Source: Octopus vulgaris (Eukaryota). From it: a DNA stretch of 64,000 nt. The notes under the pieces were generated by a model that saw only the letters and a program-made list of their open reading frames with translations, had not been told where the DNA came from and did no database searches. The stretch spans positions 101,494,001-101,558,000 of the forward strand of contig OX597819.1 in assembly GCA_951406725.2 (NCBI GenBank), written 5' to 3'. A program made the translations under genes and the position numbers. This document shows positions 38,764 to 53,131 of the stretch, one piece after another. How positions within the stretch are numbered: position 1 is the stretch's first letter; every line of letters begins with the position of its first letter.

Positions 38764-39980
38764 TATATCCACACACACATATATGCATACATCCACACAC
38801 ATATGCGTATGTGAGAGAGAGAGAGAGTGAGTGAGAGTGAGAGAGAGAGAGAGAGAGAGCTAAAGAAAGAGTCAGGGAGGAGCGCGTTTGATAAAGAAAT
38901 GCAGTGATAATAAATGAAGAAGCATAGGTGCTAGAAAAAGATTTTGTTGTTATTTAGCATTCACACAACTAATATTCCATTTTATAGCACATATTTTGGA
39001 TTCAAGTGATACATTAAACATGATCAACAACTACAACATGAACATCAATCACATCAATAGAAACATTAAACAAGTAAATAAATATGAACATAAAAGAAAT
39101 ACAGAGAACTACAAGAAATAGAATAAAAAAAATTATTCCAAATGTAACAAGAATCATAACGTAAAAGCTTGAAATGGAAAGTTAAAGCAAGCATATTTGA
39201 AATAAAAATAACATGAAATATAATAACATAATAAAATATAATAAAATAATTGAATAAATTCAGAAGAAAAAAAATAATTCTAAAGAATTATGACATTAAG
39301 AATAAAACATAAAAATTGAAAGACAAGGAAAGACAGGAAACATATCTGGAAAGACGGTATTGCATCTAGTTCTTTAAATCTCAAATCTGATATTGACACG
39401 TCTTCAGTCAACTATTTTAAAATATGTTATCACATTTTTTATCATTTTCAAAGAGTGTCCTTATTTTTTCCCCGCCTTATAATTATAAGATTCTGTTTAA
39501 TTATTTTTTGTTTAAACTTCTTAGAATTATTTGTTTTAAATATTTCTATTCCATTTTCAAATTTTAATCTTGTTTTGATTTTGTTAATGATTAAATGACA
39601 ATTTTTTTTGCCATTATCAACGAAATTTAGTGCATTTTATGATTTTTTAAATAACATTATGTGTATTAATAAAAAAATATATTATAAATATTAATATACA
39701 GATGTGTACAAATAAACAGCGAAAAAATGTGCAGGCATCGACATGCATTTATACAGCCACACAGAAAAACACACAACATGAGATATTCATAAACATATAT
39801 TGACATATGTAATGAAGTGAAAAATGTGGTTATACAGTATAACAACACATGCGCGGATGCGTTTATGTATGTATGAATGTATGTAAGTACATGCAAATAA
39901 ACACACACAGCGATTACTTACTCATATATATGATTACACACATACACATATATATTTATACACATACACAAATATACATA

Positions 39981-40054
<74 letters not shown>

Positions 40055-40183
40055 TGTGTGTGTGTGTGTGTGTGCATTCATAAATATTTACATGCATACG
40101 CATATATTTTCCACGGGTGGGGTCTGATATAAATTGTGAAAAATACTTTTATAGTGATATATATATATATATATATACATATA

Positions 40184-40282
<99 letters not shown>

Positions 40283-40615
40283 TCATACATATCTATGTAT
40301 ATAAGCATATATGTATATGCATATGCACACACACACACATATATATATGTAATTATCTCTCACTTCTCTCTGTCTGCCTGTCTGTCTCCCTCTCGCTCAT
40401 TCTTTCTGCACGCACACACACACACGTACACATATAACTATAGGTAGGTATATATATATATGTAAGTGTGTGTGTGTGTGTGTGTATGTATAAATGTATG
40501 CATATATATATGTACATATATACATATATATCTATATATATAAATATATATATGTGTATATATATATATATACACATATATTCTTATATATATCTATAAA
40601 TGTATCTGTATATAT

Positions 40616-40658
<43 letters not shown>

Positions 40659-41014
40659 GAGAGAGAGAAAGAAGGAGAGAGAGAGGGAAAATAGATACAT
40701 ACTCGCTAAATTCTTTATGATGTAAAAATTCAATTACATTATTACATCAAGGTTATATAATTCTTAATTTTTCACAATTTAATAAGTTAGAAATGAACTT
40801 AAATTAAATTGCAGAAAAAAAATTAAGAAAAGAGATTTTAAAATGAAACTTATTATAGCAGACTAAATACAAAAGACAAGAGAAATTATTTGCATTCAAT
40901 TTTTATCGCATAAAATTCAAATATGATGCAGAATCATAGAAACTGCTTTACACCTGGTTTATCCAAGTACACTGTAAACCGAGACGCTTCTTTAAATTCA
41001 CGGAGATATATATA

Positions 41015-41083
<69 letters not shown>

Positions 41084-41293
41084 AAGAGATAGAATCTCCA
41101 TAAAGTAATTTAATTAATACTGAAAGATATTATCTATAATAAACATAAATTTAAATATACTATTAACATTGTACTAAAAAATTCTATACTAATATACATA
41201 TAAAAAATGCACATTATATATGTGTGTGTGTGTGCGCGCGCGTGTGTGTGTATGTGTACGTGTGTATACTGAGAAACACACAAAGAACGATAG

Positions 41294-41374
<81 letters not shown>

Positions 41375-41382
41375 CAGCAAAA

Positions 41383-41830
41383 TTCAAGATCGCCACAGTC
41401 CAGCAGTTGAACTACAGGGAGCGACTGTAAGCACTAATTCTCTACTCCCCGGAGCGCAAGCGGGAGAGATATGTAATAATTTGCATATGGGAAATACTGG
41501 AAGGATTGGTACCAAACTTTGGCATCAAGTACTACACGAATGCCCGCACAGGTCACCACTGCATAGTACCAAGGGCACCGTCCACTGCATCTCACATAAG
41601 AACAAGGTACCTCGACAGACTAGGTTTCAGAGGACTTCAGCTCTTTAATGCCCTGCCAAAACAATTAAGAGACCTGCAAGTCATGGATTTAGAGGACTTC
41701 AAAACAAAACTCGACACTTTCCTATCCACGATACCAGACGAGCCGATGACTTGAAATTAGACACAGTTGGGGGCAGCGATGTCAAATTCTCTTATACACC
41801 AGATGTGCCATCGAATGTCTTGATTGGACT
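41383..41830 (+). mobile_element. CR1/L2-group LINE 3' fragment
   Basis: YS.ERKRERY..WEILEGLVPNFG...LQLFNALPKQLR...FKTKLDTFLSTIPDEP. Confidence 0.8.
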
Positions 41831-42099
41831 ACATCAAGTTGCGGAGAAAATCCATGCAAAGAAAGGTGCAGAGAGCACACCATGAGGAAGGAAAGTCATG
41901 GTAGTGCTTCCTTTCTCACATACTAAATCATATAAATGACACGGGAAAAGGAAATTATGGCAATAAACTTCATTAGTTTACTGCTATTTGTGCTATAAGA
42001 TGCACTATACTTAAAGATGAAACCTTATAGCTTCCTTGGATAAACACCCACGCGCGCGCGCACGCATACTCACACACACACCCGTATATATGTATATAT

Positions 42100-42400
42100 A
42101 AGAAGCTTGCCCCCCACAGTAAGGTTCATTCCCAATGCGTGGCATTTTGGGCATAAGTCTTCTACTGTAGCTTCCGTCTGATTAAAGTATGTGTATGTGT
42201 GTCTGCCTTTGTGCCTGAGATTGCTCCCTACCACCTCTTGACAACTGGTGTTTACATCCCAGAAACCTAGCGGTTTTTGTCAAAATGTGACAGGCTTTAA
42301 AAGAACAAATAAAATATTGATGTAGATTCATTCGACTAAAGTTTCTTGAAGGTGGTGCCCCAGCATGGCTGATGTCCAATGACCGAAACAAGTAAAAGCG
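42100..42400 (+). mobile_element. Family C SINE, degraded
   Basis: ggttcattcccaatgcgtggcattttgggca...ggtggtgccccagcatggct...gaaacaagtaaaag. Confidence 0.75.
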
Positions 42401-42559
42401 ATATTTATTCGTATATCAAGGTTACATTTCATAAGCAAATTTTCTGAAGAAAATAACACGCAATTTATTGCATGGAAACTCTAAACTTTCCACTGTGAGT
42501 CAGCTTGTACTCACATGCGGCAACAAAGATATTTCGGACCAAATTAGCGGCTATCACAT

Positions 42560-43230
42560 AGACAGCCATAGAGTGCGGCCTGGGATTGAGACGATGAACG
42601 ACGCATCGTTTCATGTACATATTACCATGATAGTGGTAATGTGCTGGCGAATGGCCAGATGGATTTAGAGAACTTTCGTAACAAGCTGCCAGAAAACTAT
42701 AATGGTCATATGGAGGATATTTGTCTTCAGCCGGTTAATCTACAACTCAAAACTGTGGTCACCCCACAATGTCATTTTATTGACAGAGCTCGAGGTAGTT
42801 TAGTAGTGCTGCACCAAAAAGATTGCAGTTCTGAAACACTAAAGCTACTTGGATAGATTGAAGGAATTGCGATATTACGGTCTGTATCTAAGTGATATGT
42901 ATATGCAGTGATATACATATAAAAGATCCTTGAGGGACTGGTACCAAATTTTGGCATCGAGAATTATACCAGTCTCCGAGCAAGATGTCGCTGCGGTGTT
43001 TCAAAGCCCTACCATCCATTCTAGCGTAAGGACCAGGTACTGCAATAGTTGGGATTCAAAGGCACATATGCATTACATATCTTGTGAAAATACCCGAGAG
43101 ATTTACATGATGTGTGGGTAGATTTTCTGAAGACACACTTTGAGCAGCTGCTGTCCAGCACCCCTAGATGAACTTACATTGCGGCAAGAAACTCAAACAA
43201 AGGGCAGCAAAATACCTCCACCTCATTCAC
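42560..43230 (+). mobile_element. Older copy of the same CR1-group LINE
   Basis: RTFVT...SKLWSP...SYLDRLKEL...ILEGLVPNFGI, homologous to 41480-41700. Confidence 0.65.
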
Positions 43231-44945
43231 TAATGGCTCACCTTACAGGAATAGCCATTGAATGAACATTGCTTGTAATGCGATAATGAAATCTGTAACT
43301 AACAGAGATGGAAGAAGTTATCGAGTTCTATAGCTGCTTCACAAGTTCATAGTTGTATGGCATAAAGAAAAATGTGGTATTAAAACACATATAAATTTAT
43401 TTTTTACGAGTTAGGAGATAACATGACACTCAGGGGAATAGAAAGGTAATCGAAGTGATATGTTAACTGTCAGAAACGAAAGATGTAAAATGTGTACTAA
43501 TCCTAGCCAAACCCTCACATCATTATGTAGTAGCAACATAGGGGAGAAATATAAAATTCAGAGTACTACTTAATAAAAATTAAGCGAAAATTCTACTAGA
43601 GAACAAATTAATTACGCTAAATAATGTTAAATAAATTAAAATAAGGATATAGGGAAGCTGAGATTCCTTAGAAATGTTCTGTTACTACAAATAAATATGA
43701 AACGACAGGAGTTGTTTAAAGGGAATTAGGGTTTGTAGCAGAGGAAGATGTTGCACAGTCAGTATGTACATCTGCCAATAAGTTACTTAGTTAGGGAAAG
43801 TTATTTTATCAACAGATGTGAATGTATTAACCAGTAAAGTTAAACTAGAAAGTAGTTACTAGTAAAGTTTGTAGCAGAGGGTGGTGTTGCATAATTTATG
43901 TCTACATCTCAAAGTAAGTTAATAAAGCTATTAATAATGTTGTCCTTACTGTCAATGGAGTTAAAAATCTCCCAATACTTGCTAGATTTGAGGAAGTGCT
44001 TTTCTAAAACTGCTTATAATGTAATTCGGCTGTCTACTTTGGATATTATGGATGAAGGGTGGATCGAAACAGATTACAGCCCTTTGTCTAGCATTCCGAC
44101 TATCCCTTGGAGAGGTCCTGAATTTAGAGTTCGGGTGGCGGGTCCTGACACATCCCTAGTGACCAAGTGTTTAGAAACGTTCTTATTAACCGATTCACTA
44201 TTGCATTTACTAGGAGGCTTACAGTTATGAAAGTTTCGAGGGGATTTCCCGAGGGTTCCTAGAATTAGCCGTATAGTGAGCGTGTTTATGGTGATTAGAA
44301 TAGGTATAAGTATATTTTTTTTAGTACGGTTGAGAGGAACCTCTTGAATTTGCTCTAGAAACTGGGGTAGTCGGCTTCTGGGACCAGAGAGCTGGTCCAT
44401 GGGGAACAGTAGTAATTAGCATTCCCAGCGGAAGAACCATAGTTATCCCATATTGTCATACCTTACTTTTTTCAGTATACCCAGCTCTACTGAGTGCATC
44501 GTTGTAGTACTCTGTGTATTAGTCGCAAATTTCTATATTAGCTAATAGTGAAGAGATTCTGTGCGACACACTGTCGATGATACAGAAAGCGGGAATGTGA
44601 ATAAAAATTTAACATAATTAAGGTTTTCGCAGAAAGAGTGTATACATCCACAAGATCTGTAACCTTGCCTTAATCTCTACATCCTATAAAGATGTTTAAG
44701 TTATTTAAATCCAAAGCTTTCTATAGAAATTCATAACAGCGCGATGGTCTGTGAAAATAGCATCAGTTTCTTTTCAGGTAAGATCAGAAATTTTCATTGC
44801 AAATATAAATCATCAGTCTCGTGAGATCGGGGAAATAATACAATAAAAATTATCAATGCTAATTTGAATGAACTAACATTTATCCTTATTTTCTAAAGAT
44901 CTAATACAATTAATAATATCACTGGTCTTGGAGCAGAGTTCCGTT

Positions 44946-45040
44946 TGAGGTATGATCTAGTCGAGGTACTATATTGTTGAGGTACGATCCAGTTAAGGCA
45001 TGATCCAGTTGAGGTACGATCCAGTTGAGGTACGATCCTA
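44946..45040 (+). repeat. Minisatellite, 6 x 16 bp (TGAGGTACGATCCAGT)
   Basis: Six adjacent units, the last three nearly perfect; no spacers. Confidence 0.9.
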
Positions 45041-46278
45041 TACAGTACCAAGTTGATAATCCCGACAATATCTAATCCCAGTGATTAAATCAGACGAATA
45101 GAAGAGTGAACAACAAAATTGTCCTTGTGACACTTGAAGTTGAACAGTCGTATGTAACTATTTAAAGAGCACAACGGACAACTACAAAACATTTGTAATG
45201 TTATGTAAGATGTACCCAATGTGCTTTTGAAACACCTGTAATGCTCGATTATATCTTCCAGACCATTTATTTTCAGACATGATTATTCACAAGCACACAC
45301 ACACACACACACAGAGTCGTACGCACATAAACATTCTTTAAAGTGAATATATTGATAGTGTCAATACTATCCTCGCTAAAGTATACTAATGAAGAATTAT
45401 AAATTTGCACTCTAACCAAAAGTACTAAGTACGTCTCTGAGTGTGTGTGTGCGTGTGTGTGTATGTGTGTGGGGACATTACGAATTTTAAAAAATCATTC
45501 ATATGTGTACATGCGTAGGTGCATGTATTATGACAAATTTTTAATAAATATGTACCGTTTCATAATTAGCTTGGAGGAAGTAAATCAGAGAGAAATCCAT
45601 TGAATAGATTTATACATATGTTTCATGATGCAAACTAGAAAATGAAACTCAAAACATGAGTATGTATACGTTTTTAAATAAAATTAGGCAGAAGTTACAA
45701 AGTGACTGAAGAGCCGAGAGTTTCATGCGTCTGAGAGATGAAGAAGAAATAGATTCTTGTGAGTACTTCAGTTAGTATGTAACTATGTGAGTAAATGAGC
45801 AAGCGAGTCGCTAAATAAGGTAATACTGAATAAATCAGTAAAGATTTTATGGTATGGAATGAATGGAAGGAGCAGTTTCAGACCACAGAATTTGTGAAGT
45901 CAGCGATATAGCAACGAAGAGCTAGGAAGAATCAGGAAAAAATGATAACAGAGAGATTGGCGATCGATAGGCTGGTGAGGGAGACTGTTATCATAAAATC
46001 AAGCTATTTCAGCATTCCAGTCCAATTAATAGCAATGCATGACATTGAAGTGAACTAGCTGACAACTTTCATCTTCTAATACTTGTTGATATCAGTGAAA
46101 CAGGCCAAAGTAAAGCATACACCACACTCCTGGCAGGCACTTCTATAAGCTGTCACTCACACGGCAACACTCTCTTACATTCTCTATTTCTCTCACTCCC
46201 CTCTCTTTCTCTCTGACACACTAACACGCATACACACACAACACACAAATACACCCTGTACAAACATGCAGAGATGTG

Positions 46279-46328
<50 letters not shown>

Positions 46329-46511
46329 TACAGACATGTGTGCATACGTACGTACATACATACACATATATATACATGCACAAATACATTTTTGTATGTA
46401 TTTACATATACATGTATATATATACATAGATAGGCAAACAACAAATTCAAATACATGCATACATATACACACACATACTCACACACACACACACACACCA
46501 CACATACACAT

Positions 46512-46544
<33 letters not shown>

Positions 46545-46914
46545 AATGAAGTATAATAAGAAAATTCATATGTGTGAAAGATAAGTTTAAAAAAGAACAA
46601 TTCAAACATTTTGAGAGGTCCAAAAAGAGAGAAAGAATGATTTCTAATAAAGATTCATCATATTTATGAAATAAACAGCCAGAGCAAGAAATAAGAATAT
46701 GAAAATAGTAGTTTAAAAATATCGTTATTGGTATTATACCATAAAATTTATAGAAAAATGGAGGAGAGAAAGATGTTGCATTAGATTTATTAGATTTAAT
46801 ACAAATTAGTATTCATTACATACGCGCATTTCAAAGGACAATACAAATATGTAAGAAAAGAATTATAATCGTAGTAATTATGATTAAATTTATGCATTGT
46901 CATATGTGCGTGTG

Positions 46915-47115
46915 TGTGTTTGTGTGTCTGTGTTCGCTTGACAACCGATGCTGGTGTGTTTACGTCCCCCGTAACTTAGCGGTTCGACAAAAGAGACCGA
47001 TGGAATAAGTACTAGGCTTACAAAAAATAAGTGCTGGTGCCGACTTGCTCGACTAAAGGCGGTGCTCCAGCATGGCCACAGTCAAATTACTGAAACAAGT
47101 AAAAGAGTAAAGAGC
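46915..47115 (+). mobile_element. Family C SINE 3' half
   Basis: Nearly identical to 7095-7280. Confidence 0.88.
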
Positions 47116-47203
47116 ATGTAATGTACTGGTGGATGATGAATCGAAACAATCATAGTAGTTCTCAATAAATATTTAGGGAATTCCATTTTCTGTCTCTTAC
47201 AGA

Positions 47204-47405
47204 AAAATGTAACCGCATGTGATTGTTAGCCATTGTTTTTCTAGTTCGACTTGGACGTTCATGCTTTTTCTGTTTCCGAAGGTGAGCTATGCTCGAAACG
47301 TAAAACACTTTTCTTTCTTTAATCGTCTTATCAATACATTGCTTGTGCCACATCCACATGTTCATTAGTAAAAGTAATTGTATTTCTTTTGTTGTTTGGA
47401 ATTTG
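47204..47405 (+). mobile_element. Older copy of the ~210-bp hammerhead element
   Basis: Starts aaaatgtaaccgc like the other copies; GTTT-CCGAAGG-T-GAGC-tat-GCTC-GAA-ACGT-A-AAAC at 47272-47306. Confidence 0.7.
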
Positions 47406-47704
47406 GGTTTTATTTTCTCAAAATAGGGCAAATAACCAGCAATAAACCAAACCACAAGCTCCCCTTAAATTGTCGAGATTTACAAAATTATGTGGAGATG
47501 CCCTAAATGTGAAAGAAAAATAAAGATAATCAGGTGAGGCTTGTAACACAAGTAAAAGACAAACATACAGCTGAAAAGGAAAAGCAAGACTGAAGAAGAT
47601 AAAGAGACGAGGGAACAGGAGACGAAAATAAGACAGTAGAAGTAATAGAAGCAATAGACGATAAAGGAGCTGATGAGGAAGAAGAAAAGAAAAAGAAAAA
47701 AAAA

Positions 47705-47861
47705 AGTAGCAGTAGTAGTAGTAGTAGTGATGGTGTTGGTAGTAGTAGTGGTGGTGGTAGTAGTATTAGTAGTAGTGATGGTGTTGGTGGTGGTAATAGT
47801 AGTAATGGTGGTAGTGATGGTAGTGGTGGTGATAGTAGTAGTAGTGATTGTGTTCGTGGTG

Positions 47862-47893
<32 letters not shown>

Positions 47894-48000
47894 GGTGGTA
47901 GTAGTGGTGGTGGTGGTTGTAGTATTAGTAGTAGTGATGGTTTTGGTGGTGGTAATAGTAGTAGTAGTAATAGATAAAGGAGGGGGAGGAGGAGGAGGAG
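47705..48000. repeat. (GTA)n/(GTG)n microsatellite
   Basis: Directly visible. Confidence 0.95.
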
Positions 48001-48833
48001 GATAATGAGGATGGTGAAAAGGAGGAGGTAAAACAGGGGTAAGTGGAAAGGATACAGCGGACTGAATAAAGGCGCTCATTAATCGTTTCCATATTTGGAA
48101 GTAAGCAGAGTTTATGGTCAGAGCAAGTATGCAGAAAGGGGAGGGGAAAAATTGACCCCTGTCTTTTGATTAGATATCATAACATGAATATATTTTCTTG
48201 ATAACACTTTGTCCTCACACATATCTCGACTCTTCAATATCAATTTCGTTAGCTTTAAATTTGCTTCTTCCGTTTCCTCCTCGCCATCATGCTGTTACCA
48301 CTCCCATGTCAGAGGTGGTGGCGGCGGCGGTGATGGTGGTCTGGCGGTGGTGGTCAGCAAGGGTCAAATTAAAGTTTTATGACCAATACTAAAATCAGTG
48401 AAGACCTAAACTGATAACGGGATTAAGGATCTCGAAGTTTACAAAGCATAGCAATAAGGAACTTATCTGATCTGATCTGATGTGCTAAAGTGGTTGGAAG
48501 GTGTGGTAATGTTTGTGCGCGTGTATGTGTATGCGTATGTTTTTGAGTGGGTGCGCATCTGGTAAGGGAAATTATTCATAAATATTCCTGAGCATTGACC
48601 AAGAGTAATGGGGGAACATTCTGGATCATATAAGATGATTCTGTATACATACAATAATGTGTTTGTATAAGCATGTATATATAGCTATATATGTGAATGC
48701 ATGTGTAGATGCATATATACACATGCACAAAAAAGGCCATGCACTAGCATTCAGCCAAATTACTGCGACAAGTAAAAGAAAAAAATTACTATAGTAACAC
48801 ACAGAGACACACACACTTACACCCAAATAAATG

Positions 48834-48865
<32 letters not shown>

Positions 48866-48899
48866 GAGAGGGAGAGAGAGAGAGCAAAGTGTACTACGC

Positions 48900-48943
<44 letters not shown>

Positions 48944-49228
48944 CAAAATGGGACAAGAATGCAAAACATCCGGACAGCTAGGTGATACAAAATGGGACAA
49001 CAAAACAACCAGATACACGATACAAAGAAAACAAGGACGGATCATTCGAAGCTTTCTTTCCTCAGTCAAAAGATTGTTCCAATTTGCCCAGCCCAAGGAA
49101 AAAATTAAGCTAAGAGCATTAGATACCATAGAAGAAAGCAGAGAATAACGGACTAAGTTATACAAAAATAAGTACAATAATAAATACAACAAAAGTAATA
49201 ACAGGACATAACAACATGTGTCTTTCGA

Positions 49229-49269
<41 letters not shown>

Positions 49270-50239
49270 TTGGGTTCACACCTTGTAGTATGCCATTTAG
49301 TCACCCTTCAATGTATTCCGCAACAAGATGTCATCCATAGTATAGATACCATTGGTTTTATTTCAAGAGAAAAATGGAATTCGCGAGATTATTAATCATT
49401 ACGATCGCTTCGACACATCGTGCATTGATTCATCGTGACTGAGATGCTCTACAAGTAGTTGTGGTGCATCATTTATAGCATCAGAATCTTGTCAAATGAC
49501 TTGTCAAAAGGTACCTCTGTTTTTTTAATCACCGTTTCGCTTTTTTCGATTAGAATACATTTTAGTAGTTGTCTGTATCTACTCGCATACAGGAAAGGCT
49601 TCAGTGAAAATCACGATAGGCTGAAACAATCGGAGTGATCAATAAAGTATCTTACATATATATATATATACATGAACGTATTTAAGTGCATATTGCTTAG
49701 ATATCTAATATAATCGACGTTCTCTTTTTTCCAGTCTCTGCTAGACATGGCCAGTATATTCCCTATGGAATTATCTCAAATGCATATACGTATTTCCTCT
49801 TCATACACCTAGTTAAATATTCTGAGAAATATTAAAGAAAAACCGAAGATTCCCTCGTCTAGAAGCAACGCCATGTGTTTCAGCCATGTTATAAAATATA
49901 TCTGTCGGTTCATAGCAATAATAGCAACTCATAATACGTAATCTCTGAAAGGCCTGGTATCTACTTATATACGGATTAATTTCGTAGATGCTAGCCAAAT
50001 TCGTTTGAGTTACATCTGTATATCAATCTAAGCATGTATATATTCATCTGTCTAGTTATCCGTTAACTCACGCTTACACATGAATACGGACACACATACA
50101 TACATACACGCACACAGAGTCAAGCACACACACATGTGCATATATTCGTATTCTTATGTTATTCATTTCTCCATCTGTGATCACTTAGTGTCTGTAAGTA
50201 TCACTATCTGCCTGCCACATATCATATGTATGTATGTAA

Positions 50240-50301
<62 letters not shown>

Positions 50302-50471
50302 ATATATACATATATATATGCACATTTGTACATGCATATATATATATATATGTAAGTATATACATACGTATGTACATATATATATGTATGCATATATATA
50401 AATATGTGTGTGTGTGTATATATACTTATGTATATATATATATATATATACACGAGTATATATATACACAG

Positions 50472-50524
<53 letters not shown>

Positions 50525-51090
50525 CATATAAACACACACACACATATAGGTGCATACACAGAGTGTAAATTGTACGGTAGTGAAGTAAAACGAACTGTGA
50601 AGAACAAATAATATTTATAACAACAAAAACAACTGGAACAACAACAAATATTTGAATAAATGTAGCTAGATTGAGATTTTGCCGACAGTTTTTGGTGGTG
50701 ATGGGCGTGTGCAGAATTTATCCAAAATTATTGCTTCGCTTCTGACAACATAATTCCAGTTCACTTGCAACATGATTCCTCAGTCAAAGATTTTGGCATT
50801 TCCTCTAATAACTATTGATATTCTAACTTTGGCTGGCATTAACAGTCGATTCTTCATTTTTTTTTTTCCCCTTTATTGTGTATTTTCACTTCCGTCGTCT
50901 TAAAAGAACAACTGATTCGAGGGGAAGTTGGGAAACTTTGATGCTTCCATATGCAATGTGTATGTTGGATACCGGAACGTTTCAAATTGCAGCTTAAAGG
51001 ATAGATAGTAAGTAGTATGACGTAATTTACTAGATGGCTGTAGGGGTAGGGTGGTAGTGGTAGTGGTGGATCTATCTATCTATCTATCTT

Positions 51091-51151
<61 letters not shown>

Positions 51152-51172
51152 ATATCTATCTATCTATGTCTG

Positions 51173-51229
<57 letters not shown>

Positions 51230-51297
51230 TTATCTATTTATATGTCTGTCTTTGTGTCTGTGTGACTGGATCTGTCACTGTCTTTTCGTCTGTCTGG

Positions 51298-51341
<44 letters not shown>

Positions 51342-51356
51342 ATATCTATCTATCTA

Positions 51357-51424
<68 letters not shown>

Positions 51425-51618
51425 TATCATATATATATATGGGGGGGGCGTGTGCGTACGTTTATATATATGTGTGTATGTTCATGTGTGTGTGTAGAAA
51501 AATATATCCGAAATATGAAAAGTACGTGACATGAGAAATAAATTTATCGCAGTTTTGCTTAGCCTCAAATCAAAAGTGCCACCAACAATACTATCATCAA
51601 TGGAAGTCAGGTATAAGA

Positions 51619-51649
<31 letters not shown>

Positions 51650-52294
51650 GTGTGTGCGTGTGTGTGAGTGTGTGCGTGTGAGTCTGTGTGTATAGATATA
51701 TGTGTGTATTGTGTTGTGGTGTGTGTGTGTGCTAACTGAGTGTGTGTTTACTGGGTCTCCGAGTTAAATTGATAACATAACGTGTTTCCTTTTTTCAAGA
51801 ACAGCCTTGATTTATTGGCATATATTCAACGGCGCTGGAGACATTGAACGGTAAATTTGTAATTGACAAAATGTTTGCTGACAGTGCGATTGCAAGCCAT
51901 CTGAATATTGGAAAAGAGGTACCTGTATCATGATGATTCGTGCCAGGTGTCAAAGTTAAAGGCGGCTACTGTGGCTAAACTGTTATCTACAAGCCATAAT
52001 CTCGTTCATATTCTTTGAATTTTTTACAGTGCTTCGGGGTTCTTGGAAGCCAAATTGTGCTTTATTTTCCGTTAATGCTAACTGCTACACATTGCCCGAA
52101 CACACACACACATCTACATACATACATACATACATACATACATACATACATACATACATACAGACATACATACATACAGACATACATACAAACACATACA
52201 TACACGATACATGCAAACATATATTTTTACACTTCTACATTTACCGTGCTTCATTTGATTGGAAAGTAATACATTTGTATTTCAATATTTAAAT

Positions 52295-52492
52295 AGTTAG
52301 CTCTCCGAGCGAAATGCTTAGCAGTATTTCGACTCCCGTTACTTTCTGAAATCAAATTCCGCCGAGTTCGACTTTCCCTTTTATCCTTTCGGGGTCGATT
52401 AAATAAGTACGAGTTACGCACTGGGGTCGGTATAATCACCTTAATCTCTTTCTCAGTTCTTTTTTGTCCCCTCTATGGGCAATAAAGAGATA
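52295..52492 (+). mobile_element. Family D SINE
   Basis: aaattccgccgagttcgactttcccttttatcctttcggggtcgatt...gggcaataaagagata. Confidence 0.85.
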
Positions 52493-52856
52493 AATATTAA
52501 TTTTTTCATTGAAAACTTTTCCACTGTTCTCGGTTCTTTTAACGGTAGGAGTTCAGGTGAGTATACTGGCACAGGTGTAGCCACATTTGAAATATTGTCC
52601 AGGTAACTCTACCTGAAGAAGACTAATCAAATTTACGATAATAAATGTATTTGAAGAGTCCGAAACCTAGGTACGAGATTATCCGATTCTGGGTTGTCCA
52701 TTTATCTACTGTTCTTTCTAGAGGTAAGATGAAATTTTTTATGTTCGCTACACGCATACATATTTGCCAGAATATATACAGTGAAATTTTAATATAGCGA
52801 CGTAAACTTATCGACAACTATTTCCAATAAACATTGGTGTCTTGATGTACCACTGT

Positions 52857-52895
<39 letters not shown>

Positions 52896-53092
52896 GCTTG
52901 TGTGTGTGTCTCTGTCTGTGCATATATGCATAGCGGACACCTAGTAGAATCGTCAGGGCATAGGACAGACTGGTGTGCGATTTATGCAGTAACAAGTTTC
53001 TTTAATCATCTTGTGGTTTCAAACAGAAACGCACATCTTACTAGCCATCCGTGCTACATAACAAAAAGTTGTGGCATGTGTGCACGTATACA

Positions 53093-53130
<38 letters not shown>

Positions 53131-53131
<1 letters not shown>

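Noticed and set aside
44946-45040. CRISPR-like repeat
   Set aside because: Units are directly adjacent with no spacers, there are no cas genes, and the context is eukaryotic
51800-51850. Possible micro-exon (ttttttcaag ... gtaaat; TALIYWHIFNGAGDIE)
   Set aside because: Weak donor, no recognisable homology, and no supporting neighbouring exons
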